Assembly: GCA_008632985.1 (NCBI GenBank)
Contig: QPGO01000148.1
Location: forward strand, 1 to 64,000
Reading direction: 5' to 3'
Source: Psammoneis japonica
Lineage: Eukaryota
DNA length: 64,000 nucleotides
Part shown: in pieces, positions 38,877 through 49,524 of the stretch
Layout: each line of letters opens with the position of its first letter
Numbering within the stretch: the first letter of the stretch is position 1
Translations under genes and position numbers: made by a program
The notes under the pieces: model-generated
Databases searched by the model: none
The model's input: only the letters and a program-made list of their open reading frames with translations
Told to the model about the DNA's origin: nothing

Positions 38877-39671
38877 ATGGCCTTTCCACCATCAATGCGG
38901 TTCATATGTCGATCAGTGTCGTTCACATTCACCCTTTCTTTAGTTCTGCCATCACTATTTATCTACGCCTCCTCATCTAATCCCTCTGCTCCGTCATCTG
39001 AGATTCGCATGGGCACGACCATCGTGGCTTGTCGCTTTGATGGTGGTGTTGTGGTGGGAGCCGATACGCGCACGTCGGTTTCGGGCTATGTCAGCAATCG
39101 TTATGCGCACAAACTATCACCGCTGTGGGATAAATGCATGGTTTGTCGTTCCGGGAGTGCGGCGGATACGCAACATGTAGTGGATCAAGCACGATGGACC
39201 TTCTGGAAAAAGCGGTTCCACAAAACAGTATCGCAAGCTGCTCATTGGTTGAGATATACAGTCAAGAAGGAGAAATTGGAGAGTGTATCATTGATTTGTA
39301 CCGGGTATGATGATGACTTACAACGAGGAATTATTTATAGCATTTCGCCCAGTGGTAGCTTGGTGGAGGAACCATGCTTTACTGCGAGTGGATCCGGTTC
39401 GAGTTATATTTTGGGGCATTTGGTAAATGGCCATGATTTGAAAATGAAGCAAGACGAGGCTGTCAAATTTGTCAAGGATAGTATTCAATTAGCCATGGAT
39501 CAGGATGGCAGTTCTGGAGGATTTGTGAGGATTGTAGTTATCACCAAGGACGGACAACGTGTCATTACGGTGCATCCCTCTCATGTACGAGAAAACAAAA
39601 AGAACAATGACGATCAGTCGTTTCAACGTTTACCAGGCTTTGCGCCGCCAACACTTGTGAAACGAGGGTGA
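38877..39671 (+). CDS. 20S proteasome beta subunit (beta1/PSMB6-like) with hydrophobic N-terminal leader
   Basis: G|TTIVACRFDGGVVVGADTRTS, RSGSAADTQ, SGSGSSY, DGSSGG. Confidence 0.9.
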   Translation: MAFPPSMRFICRSVSFTFTLSLVLPSLFIYASSSNPSAPSSEIRMGTTIVACRFDGGVVVGADTRTSVSGYVSNRYAHKLSPLWDKCMVCRSGSAADTQHVVDQARWTFWKKRFHKTVSQAAHWLRYTVKKEKLESVSLICTGYDDDLQRGIIYSISPSGSLVEEPCFTASGSGSSYILGHLVNGHDLKMKQDEAVKFVKDSIQLAMDQDGSSGGFVRIVVITKDGQRVITVHPSHVRENKKNNDDQSFQRLPGFAPPTLVKRG

Positions 39672-40413
39672 CAAGGACGAAGAGGAAGATGACGAGTAAA
39701 ACGTAAACTCGACTCTAGCATGCTAGAGAATAACAACGTCTCTTAACTCTTCAGTAGAGAGCAGCAATATATTGTCACGCAAACAAAAAAGGACAATGAC
39801 TAGTAGGTACTTCTACATGCCCATCGTGTTTGCAAAAAAAAAGTCGGGCATTTCGAGAAGGAGGAATAGCTGGATCAATCTTGACTACCTGTACTACCAG
39901 TACACAAGCAAAAAATAGTCTCGTCCACACAGGTTGAGGCTATAAGTAAGCCGTAAAACTCGACTAGTCATTCTCGAGAATAATAACATCTCTTATATCT
40001 CTTCCGCGGAGAGCATCTCTTCAGCAGAGAGCAGCAATATAGTCACGCAAATGAATAATGACTACTTGGTATTTCTACATGTTCATCGAGTTCCCAAAAT
40101 ATGTCGGGTATTATTGCGAGAAGGAGTCTCTACGACTCATACAGGTTAAGGCCTGGAAAATAAGGCAATGCTTTTGGAAGTTAAACGTACGCAAGTACAG
40201 CAAGTGGTGCGATCCTAAGATTATCGCTAGTACACACCAGGGTGGTCTTGTGTCTCGTATCCTTATACATGTAGTAGCTTGCGACAATCTCGACTACTTT
40301 TAGTATACTCGAGAACAATCCCGTTAAACGAAATTAGAACACAAATAGTCTTTGTAGTGAGATCCCATATGACAAACACTATCAGGAGACTATAGAATTG
40401 ATGATCCAAAGTT

Positions 40414-41113
40414 TTACTCTGCCTTGAGCGCCGCAGCTTCGTCCCACAAATTCTGAAACAGAGCCGTACTGAGATAGCGTTCTCCAAAACTAGGAATCAC
40501 CACAACCACACGCTTCCCCTTGTTTTCAGGACGCTTTGCAACATTAATGGCTGCCGTTACAGCAGCTCCACAGGAAATTCCACAAAAGAGTCCCTCCTCG
40601 GTGGCCAGCGTCCTAGCCATGGCCATGGCGTCTTCACCCGACACTTGAATGACTTCATCCAAAAGGGAAGTATCAGCATTGCCTGGAATGAATCCAGCAC
40701 CTATACCTTGGATCTTGTGTGGGCCGGGCTTGCCACCACTGAGAACAGCCGACTCGGATGGCTCGACCGCTACAATTTGAAGAGCCGGATTGAGTGGCTT
40801 CAAATGCTGTCCACACCCCGTAAGAGTGAGTTCCTCCTGTGCCGACTCCACCCACTAAAATATCAACCTCACCATCCGTATCCTCCCAAATTTCAGGACC
40901 CGTCGTTTCCCGGTGGATCTTTGGGTTGTCGGGATTGTTAAATTGCTGAAGCAAAAAGCCATCGTCTCCGAGGCTACTGACAATTTCTTCGGCTTTGCCA
41001 ATCGCACCGCCCACACCTTTGGGTGCCGGAGTCAAAATGACCTCAGCACCAAACGCCTTGAGCAATACACGTCGTTCCATGGACATGCTTTCTGGCATGG
41101 TGAGGATCAGTTT
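40414..41113 (-). pseudogene. cysK: cysteine synthase (O-acetylserine thiol-lyase), 3' half; 4-bp duplication frameshift at 40824-40831
   Basis: [15 protein letters not shown]...QQFNNPDNP...GVGTGGT / [12 protein letters not shown]...[10 protein letters not shown]. Confidence 0.95.
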
Positions 41114-41675
41114 CACTGCAAATGAGAATCACTCTGAATAAGCTGTTTTCGCTCTAAATAAAAAATAAACAGAGCATTTTGCTCCGATTGCAAGTGCTAA
41201 ATAATTAATTGTGGCTTTGCTCTATTTAAGCCATAGTCAGAGCGACATGCTCTGTGTATAAGACAATCAGAGCAAAATGCCAACATTTGCCCTGTTCAAC
41301 CGCATTCAGAGGATGCCTTCGATTAAGTGCAATTATTCAGGGCATTCGCTTCAAATAACTGCAGCCTCCTGCGACCTTTTACATTCTCAGAGCAAATGGT
41401 TTTTCTTCAAAGCAAACGAACAATGAACACATGCACACACAATGAGACGCAATGATGGACGATTCAAAGCGTCATTGGCGCACATGCACGCATGCATTCA
41501 TGGTTGCCAGTCAATGCTCGTAATCTCGTCGTTTTTGTTTGCGGCGATCTCGACGAGCATCGTTGTTGCTCTGTTGTTGTCAATTGTCGCCTGTGTCGGC
41601 GCATCGCACACACAACACAATTTTTGCATTTCCACCTTTATGTCTGTGTGAGTCGTGGCCTCCACAGCCTTCTCC

Positions 41676-44600
41676 ATGTGCTGCAAACATTGCTTCTCGA
41701 CTGTTCCATTGACTCAACATGACAACTCCAACAGCATCGTAAACATGGGTGATTGCCTCCATTCCAGCAAATGTCTCAACCCGGAGTGTTCAGTTGATTC
41801 CTTTTTTGTCTGCGAATGCTGCTGGAACAGCAGCAACACAAACAGCAGGTGGTCGTCATCTTCCAGTTCTTAAAGATTGGAAAACCTGCGTTGAGCACGC
41901 CAAAACTCCAACTCATGTGCAATCCTTTAAAGCTTTGAAAGCCGCACCAACAAGCAGTGCAAATGCCGTGTGTGCGCCGGCGGAGCCTGCACACGACGAA
42001 TGTTGGTGCAACGATGACAATGACGCCTCTGTTTCCAAGAGCAAGGAGCCTTCCAACCAAGATGATTGGATTTGCGACGTCAATGATGCCGGCTCACGAT
42101 CCTCCATTGCGCATTGATGATCTCCGACAAGGTTTTGATCCGGACTCCAACAGCCCGGCCTTTTTTTGGTGCGAGCATTCGCACCCCGGACAAGGCATCC
42201 AGAAATTGACAGCTGGCGCTTTCGAATTGCCCGTCACCGAGGTGACCAAAGAAGAGGCCCATTTTTCACTTGTGATGGCTAGCCTGCTTTCACAACTCAC
42301 CGAGAAACAACGTGAATTGTTGGCAGAATGCATGCTGCAAGCCACAAACAGCCGTGATCCAGACTTGTCCATTTTTCGTTGGACTCATGTCCCCACTTCT
42401 GTGAAAGATTTTGAAATGTTGCATTTGTCCAGCAAACGTGCCATTGTGCCAAATTTGCCTCATCCTGTTCCCAGGAAAACCGATGATGGCAGTCATTCCC
42501 ATGTTTCCTTTAAAGACGTGCTTGCAAATGAGTTGGCAAAAGCCACGCAATTTGACAAGTTCTGTTTTGATGCGGACGTCATTGTTCAAGATTCGCAACC
42601 TGCCATTTCGTGCACACCGGCGGCGCATTCCTTGTTCATGGAACTTAAAGAAGATGTCGACAGTTTTGCATTGCATCTTTGGGTGCGAGAATGGCGTGAT
42701 GACTTTGATCCCAATGGCACGAAGAAGTCACGCAATCAAGTGTGGCTCAACACGCACACCTGCTGCCCTCCTCCCAATTCTTCCAGTGGACGCCACACCT
42801 GCTTCATGGCAATGTCGTCCAAGGGAGAAAATCATGAAGTTGTGGAGACAATGTTTGAACGCGAACTGCAGTCGTTGTCTGAAGAAAGCCATTGGTTTTA
42901 CCATGGCGGACTGCAGAAGCTCGCGCGGGTTAAAGCTGGCAAACTCAGTGTTTGTGTGGATCGGCCTGAACGTTCCTGCATGTTTCGTGTTGGAGACCAC
43001 AATGGCAGCTGTTCAACGTTTTGGGAACATGCCTGTCATGCAGATGGAAACTGTTCTTTCAATCACTTGCCTCATTGTCAGCTCTGTCGCAAAGCACATG
43101 TGAGCAACCATTTTAGCACGTCCGAGGATCCTTCTGATGTCGCCGACAATTCACAGGAAGAAGGAGCACCAGTGGATGGCGCAGTTGCAATCAATGTTCC
43201 TCCTGTTTCTAGCACATGTCCACACAATGCTTGTGCATCCTGGAATGTGCTCGACACTGCGTTTCGTTTTCTGGCTCCGGCTGACTGCCCCTGTTCATGT
43301 GACCAACGCGAAGGTGCACCGAAACCTCCCACTGGCAGGGAAGTGACTGTCTTCAACCCGTCGGCACATGACATCCAATCCACTCAAGACTTGGCCACAG
43401 ATCCATCCACATCGACCGATTCTTCTCGTCGCAGATGCAAACGCCAACGTGTGGCCACCCCAAGACAATGGTTGGCCTCCATCAAACTCACTGTTCCCTG
43501 GTTGCAGCAAGCGATCGTGTTTGCGCATCACAACATGAGAACACATCCGCCGGGCACCCCAAGTGCCAAGCGCTTTTGGACCAAAGCTAACCTCACGGCC
43601 CATCTTCGTACTTGTGCCATCATCCAACACCACATCGACACAGCGCACGCAGCTGCAAAATGCAATCTGCCTTGCCCAACACATCCAGCACCTTGGCTTG
43701 ATCCCAAAGCACTTTCACGTTGTCATCATGCACCAATGCACACCATTGGTCTGGGCAATGTTAAAAGTGATTTTGAAATGATGTCCAAATTGTTCTCTCG
43801 ATTTGAACTTCAGGCAACCTTTGGAAAGCAAGCAAACAAATGCTTGCGGTCCATCCAGTCCCTCCGATCAACCAAACATTTTGCGGCTCATCCACTGTCC
43901 ACCAGCAAGTGGGGCACAGGTCCCTGGGTCAGTGAAAATTACTTCTTTTGGGCAAGGACAGTAAAATTCATGGTTGCGCTGCCTGCGCTTCACCAACAAC
44001 GGGTGATGGACAATCACTCGGATTGTGCAGGTGTGTCACGGATGTTGCTTCGATTCGCTTCTGCCACACAAGCTTGTCTGAGCCAAGTCATGTCTTCGGA
44101 GCGCGTTGTTGGGGACCTTCACGAAATGGTTTTGACATGTTTGGATGCAATGGTCGAGATGGACATGTGGTTGATGAAAGCACCCTCAGATGAGGCAGAC
44201 AACGATGCCGTAGAAGGCGACGGTGAAGTTCAGAAGAAAAAGAAAAAAAGGCGAACTTTGTGAAATCTGTTTCACTTGGAATGCTGGGAGTCACGGAATC
44301 CCACCAACATGATGGACCGGCCATTCTGCATTGGGAGGGTGACGATTCTGGAGAAAGTGGTGTGCAAACTGTGAGGCCAGAGGTCAGCATCAAACGCAGC
44401 AATGCAGACTGGCAAACAATCGCTTTGCGTCACATTCACCAACAGGCGACCATTTCTTGGCTTTTAGAACGTGACAGTGAGAAAGGTTCATCGAAGAACA
44501 GACGTCTAGATGGCATCTTCAAAATCCACAGCAACTGGAACACATTGTTGGAGGCAAGACAGCAATGCCTTCCCTTTGCTGGCCTTGTGTCGTCCGATTG

Positions 44601-44955
44601 CACTGTGTGGTTGTTGTTTCAACCAGTGGGTGAAAAAGGAGCTGCTCGCTCCTCTGCAACTGCAGTTGCTTTAGAATTTGTGGATGAGGAAGGTGAAGAA
44701 ATTTTGGACTTGTGTTGGATGGCGCCAGTTCAAGCAACAGACAGGAGAAAATCATTTGATGCGGCAACAGATCTTTGCAACAGTTTGGGACATCAGTTTG
44801 TGCTGGCATTGCCAAGGATGGAAGATGATGGTGAAACTTTCCTAAACAGCTTTTATTGTGTCAGCCATCTGTGGAATGAAAGAACCAGAGATGGATGCTT
44901 TGTGAAAATGGAACTCAGCTTGGACGTTTTCGACGATTGGTTGACAGCCGGCTAA
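41676..44955 (+). pseudogene. CMC/EnSpm-type transposase, frameshifted (A-rich run near 44240)
   Basis: WRDDFDPN, VDRPER...HNG, PMHTIGLGNVK correspond to the CACTA DGF, DxPAR...HxG and MHxxxLGxxK motifs; Cys-rich N-terminus. Confidence 0.8.
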
Positions 44956-45158
44956 CCATCAACTGCTCTGTCATCCATCTCGGTTGACAATCCAGCCTGT
45001 GTGGGGGAGACAATGGCATGAGCAGTGCACGTGCTCCAATGGTGGATGGACCCGTGAAGGAGCAGCGCACATGCTCTTTTGTTTAAAGACGCGCCATTGT
45101 GGCCGACACGCAGCTAGCTGCGGGGGACAAGAAGGACATGCGAGCTGGGTGTCTGCTC

Positions 45159-48100
45159 TCATTTCATGTTCCTCTTTCTCTTTATGAAGTGGAGCTGCAC
45201 AGATTGGTCCCTCATTGCGTTTGACATTTTGTTTTTGGCCAAAATGTCCAACATCGCCTCTGGTGGATTAGACAGCAGTTTGTCAAAATTGAACTCAAAT
45301 GCAATTTGAATGGGACCATGATCCCAGGTCGACCCGGCCCAATCATTGTCCTCACACAGTTCTTTGGCAATCTCCTCCATCTTTTTTTCCTCACTTTTGT
45401 GTGAAAAGTTTTGGATCAATCCACCGGGAGGCAGCTCTTCGGGGTCACTGGAACCATCAAAGTGACAAAGAAAATTCGCCTCATCGTGGAAAACAAAAAA
45501 TGACATTCCTGCAAAACAGACATCGCAGCAGTTTACCCTCCCTTTGCTGATCCAGAAGTGAAACATTTTGCAAAGAATGTTCTCAACAAAACGAATGGTG
45601 AAGTGAGTGTCTTTCTTGTCATCACCCCCGGGGTTGTTCAACTGCACGGTGAATGCACCCTGTGTGGTTTGAGCCAAACGGAACATGTCCGCATCGTCCA
45701 TCTTGCCCAGTCCACATTCTTCGGCAATTTTTATGTCAGGGAGGGAATCCTTTTTGCAGTGGCAATGATGCAGCATCCAAATGGGAAGCTGGCCAATTTC
45801 TGCCATGATCGCAATCGAATGATTGAGACACAAGACGTCGCATTGCGGGGAGAATTCAGACAACTGATTCATCAGTTTCTTGTAAATGGAGACGATGTCT
45901 TTGTTTTGTGGCTTGTTTGCATGCTCATTCCAAATGTCACAAATCCACTTTCCCTTTTCATCATTCCGTTTTTTCCATTCAGCCTTGGTTGGCAAGGGTG
46001 GTCTCTTGCTGCGTGACGCACATCGCAGAGGGATGCCTCTAGAATGTGCCTCTTTTACGTGGACCATCATTTCGTGAATGAGATGTCCCAATCCGCAGGG
46101 GTCGCTTGGTGGCTGGAAGGCATTGACGGATGAAAGAACCAACGCAACTGCTCCAAAGCAACATGACTGCGCCGGGTGCACCTCGAAGCAAGTCTGAACA
46201 GCGACAATCTGCGGCAACGTAAGTGAGAATTTGTCAATCATTGCGACAATGAAGTGCAGAAAGAGCTGGTGGCATGACGTTGGTTCCATGTTGCAGTCGC
46301 CTTTTAATGCATCGATTCCTTTGCATCCCTCAAATCCTGTCAAGTGATCATGGACAATTGCCGGCTCCAGTCGCTGCCGGTGCACGGGCAAGTTTTGGCA
46401 GGTGCGAATGGCTTGTGTTGTGATGGGCAAGGCAAGTCGAATCCTCTTCTCCGCAGTTTCTACAGAACTGCGGGTGCAAGCAATGACAGCATCTCTTGTT
46501 TCTCCATCATTTGTGATTTTTGAAACAGACAAAACTGGGGTCATGTCTTTGTTTTGGCCGTTGCATTCATCCGAGTGGCAATCCGTAATTTTGCCAAATT
46601 TGGCATTTGCCAGACGCAGTGCCTCCACGACATCATTTGCTGAGGCATCCGGCAATGAACCCGCATGGTCTTGACGTTGGTTTTTCATCTCTTCATCGTG
46701 CCACAATCTAGATGTAAAAGCAGGATTCAGTGTCTCCGCAATTTCAGACATTGACTCAAAAAAAGGCATTGCTTCCTCAGTCCCTTTCCCAACTCGAGGC
46801 CGTGCAACGCCATCAGCATGGCCTTCCCTTGTAGTGCTTGTGTTGGTGCAAACGCCGAAATCTGCAAAGTGGTCCTTTGGTTGACGATGGGTCCCAGTTT
46901 TCTTGGGCTTGTTGCTTTTCTTTTTCTGAAAACGTTTTCTCTTGCCAGTTTTCTTGCCAACATTGCCTTTCCTTGTTTTCTTTCCCTGGTTGCTTTTCGA
47001 CTCACGTTCATGGCATTTGTCAATCAGCACGCGCGATCGGTCCCAGTCAATGCGGCAGATTGGGTGTTTGTTTGGAAAGTGGTCAAGCACCAACATGAAG
47101 TCATTGCAATGGTCGGAATCAACATCATGCAAGGACCATTTGATGTCAGTTTCATCCTGTCCAAGTGTCAACGCCAAATCCAGAATTGGCACTTGGCAGT
47201 GGGGGATGTCTGCTCTGCTTGCCAAGTGAACCTGCAGTTTCGACTGGAAGACAACATGCAGATGGGTGGCACACTTTTGCCTGCATTCTCCAGACAGTTT
47301 CCCCAAATTGTCAAGTGCTTTGGCTTTTCCAGAATTACAACGGAAGTGAGCACTGTTCATCTCCTCAAACACAAAAACAACATTGAACATGTTTTTGGCA
47401 TGCAAGCTCTGTTCTTGCAGCAGGGAACGGGACAACACTGTTTTCTCCCGCCGAGTCTTGCAGTTGCCAGTGAAAGTTGGACGCTGCATCTGCAAGGGCA
47501 GTGCTGCCTCAAAAGCGCTTGAATGGCAATCAGATGATTCGTCTCTGCTTCCATTGGGCAAATCAGAATCGGAGAAATCAATGGGAAGTGCTGACACAAC
47601 TGCGCCATCATGCCAATGCGATGATGATTGGTCGCTCTGACTTGAGAAAACAGAATCAATGACATCACTGTTTGTTGATTGTTCCTCGACGTGATGCACA
47701 GAAGCCGAGTCCTCATGGCGTTTTGCTTCTTCCCGCATGTGCTGCACACTCAGCAAGCAAAGCAACCGGTCTGCTGGTCTTCGCTTGCGAGGAGGTGGAG
47801 ACCGTCCCAGGGGAGATTCCAGGCTGCGTGACCTGGATGTGGCAGATCTTGTGCGGTGTGAGATTGGACTGCTGCTTCTGTTTCTGCGGAGTTGCATTTG
47901 ACAAAATGGGACCATGCCACTGTTGGTGGGTTGACTTGTTCTGCTTGAACTCCTTGAGCGGATGCTGTCATCTGCAGAACGTGCGGGAGGATGGCTTTTG
48001 TCCCAACCGCGACTCTCAGATTTCCTCAATGCACCCAACCTGTGTGAGCGCAACGAATGCCTGGGTTTGCGAACACGCGATCGACCCCGACACCTGGATG

Positions 48101-48854
48101 GTGACCTCAACATTGTTGGAGACCTGTTTTTTGACCTGGAGGGTGACCTGCACCTGGATGGTGACCTGTGCGGTGACCTGTGTCTACGCCGAGGTGACAA
48201 TCTAGACCTTTCATTGGAAGAATCCAGAGACCTTCGACAAGACCATTGCGGTGAACTGGATGGAGACCTTTGGCGTGACCTCTGCCGCGATTGCAATCGA
48301 CCTTGGTGATCCCTGCATGGAGAGCAGGGAACAGCACCACAACGTTCCCTGCAACTGTGCCGGGAACTTGAGTTGTGGCAACCCATGGATGGTGACCGAC
48401 ACCGTCGCCGATGCCTTCGACAAGAATGAGACCTAGACCCAGAACAACGAGACCTTGATTGACAAGGAGAACCACGCAAAGAAGCTCCAGAATGACAATG
48501 ATGTCTGGTCCGATGACGCGATCGAGACCGAGAACTTGACAAAGAGCGAGACCGAGAACTTGACCAAGACCGGGACGGCGATTGACACCTTCGTCGTTGG
48601 TGGGAATTCGACCTCGACAGGCATCGCCGTTTAGACAGTCTGCGTTCCCTGGATCCGTCGTTTCGATTTGACCACAACCGACCTGTGGAACTTTGAACAG
48701 GCGATTCGGATCTTTGACGAATCAAGCGACCCGGCGGATCTCTTGATGGACGCGCACTCCTTGTCCTTCTTCCCTTCGGAGCGCCGGATCTGCTCCAAGC
48801 GGGAGCGTCACATTTGCCTTTTCTGTGATGCATGGATGGTTGGAATTTGAGCAA
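45159..48854 (-). CDS. 1231-aa RS-rich protein with TET/JBP-like and HhH/ADDT-like motifs (hypermutated cargo)
   Basis: DGVARP, CHSDECN, RDAVIACTR, FVENILCK; collinear with the 220-3122 protein. Confidence 0.6.
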   Translation of the reverse strand: MLKFQPSMHHRKGKCDAPAWSRSGAPKGRRTRSARPSRDPPGRLIRQRSESPVQSSTGRLWSNRNDGSRERRLSKRRCLSRSNSHQRRRCQSPSRSWSSSRSRSLSSSRSRSRHRTRHHCHSGASLRGSPCQSRSRCSGSRSHSCRRHRRRCRSPSMGCHNSSSRHSCRERCGAVPCSPCRDHQGRLQSRQRSRQRSPSSSPQWSCRRSLDSSNERSRLSPRRRHRSPHRSPSRCRSPSRSKNRSPTMLRSPSRCRGRSRVRKPRHSLRSHRLGALRKSESRGWDKSHPPARSADDSIRSRSSSRTSQPTNSGMVPFCQMQLRRNRSSSPISHRTRSATSRSRSLESPLGRSPPPRKRRPADRLLCLLSVQHMREEAKRHEDSASVHHVEEQSTNSDVIDSVFSSQSDQSSSHWHDGAVVSALPIDFSDSDLPNGSRDESSDCHSSAFEAALPLQMQRPTFTGNCKTRREKTVLSRSLLQEQSLHAKNMFNVVFVFEEMNSAHFRCNSGKAKALDNLGKLSGECRQKCATHLHVVFQSKLQVHLASRADIPHCQVPILDLALTLGQDETDIKWSLHDVDSDHCNDFMLVLDHFPNKHPICRIDWDRSRVLIDKCHERESKSNQGKKTRKGNVGKKTGKRKRFQKKKSNKPKKTGTHRQPKDHFADFGVCTNTSTTREGHADGVARPRVGKGTEEAMPFFESMSEIAETLNPAFTSRLWHDEEMKNQRQDHAGSLPDASANDVVEALRLANAKFGKITDCHSDECNGQNKDMTPVLSVSKITNDGETRDAVIACTRSSVETAEKRIRLALPITTQAIRTCQNLPVHRQRLEPAIVHDHLTGFEGCKGIDALKGDCNMEPTSCHQLFLHFIVAMIDKFSLTLPQIVAVQTCFEVHPAQSCCFGAVALVLSSVNAFQPPSDPCGLGHLIHEMMVHVKEAHSRGIPLRCASRSKRPPLPTKAEWKKRNDEKGKWICDIWNEHANKPQNKDIVSIYKKLMNQLSEFSPQCDVLCLNHSIAIMAEIGQLPIWMLHHCHCKKDSLPDIKIAEECGLGKMDDADMFRLAQTTQGAFTVQLNNPGGDDKKDTHFTIRFVENILCKMFHFWISKGRVNCCDVCFAGMSFFVFHDEANFLCHFDGSSDPEELPPGGLIQNFSHKSEEKKMEEIAKELCEDNDWAGSTWDHGPIQIAFEFNFDKLLSNPPEAMLDILAKNKMSNAMRDQSVQLHFIKRKRNMK

Positions 48855-49524
48855 GCAGATGCTGCAATGAAAAACAATGAGAGCAGAACAGCTTCACAAC
48901 TCCTTTGTCATTTGTGCAAGAGTGTGATTGTGCGATGATGATGTCGCCTTCATCTGGTCGTGATTGAGAGATGATGTATGTTGGGTGAGTCAGAACACCG
49001 GAATCCGGAATTTTGCATGTCATCCCCTCACGTGGCCAACTGGTTGTGGCCGCCTGCAGCGCCACAAACAGAACACCACAAAAATTCTGCATTCATTGTA
49101 GAATTTAATGAGAAAACAAGTCCCCTCTTTTCTGTGACATCACTGCATTTGCCGCATGTTACAATGACACAAATGTCGGAAAAGCGTGCATCCACAACAC
49201 CGCCGCTGACACCGCTGTTGTCATCAAACTTTGCTGTTCATGCAATGCTGTCATCATTCATCCTTCCATTGCATGTTGTCATTCTCATCAACTTGTTGAC
49301 AAGTGTTGACAACATTGTGACCTTTGGTGAAGGTTCATTGCGAGACACCACCAGAACCGAAACTTCATCGCTGCTGTGAGAACAATGCTGAGCTCACGGC
49401 GCAGTCTGCACATTGTTTCTTTATCTCGCATCTCAGACAATTTGGTGTGCATGCTGCACTTCGTTGACTCTTTACAATCATCATCAGGTGCTGCCACGAA
49501 ATTGGTTGCAGACAAAGTCAGCAA

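Noticed and set aside
39700..40155. Imperfect ~250-bp tandem duplication between the proteasome and cysK genes
   Set aside because: Diverged intergenic duplication with no functional hint.
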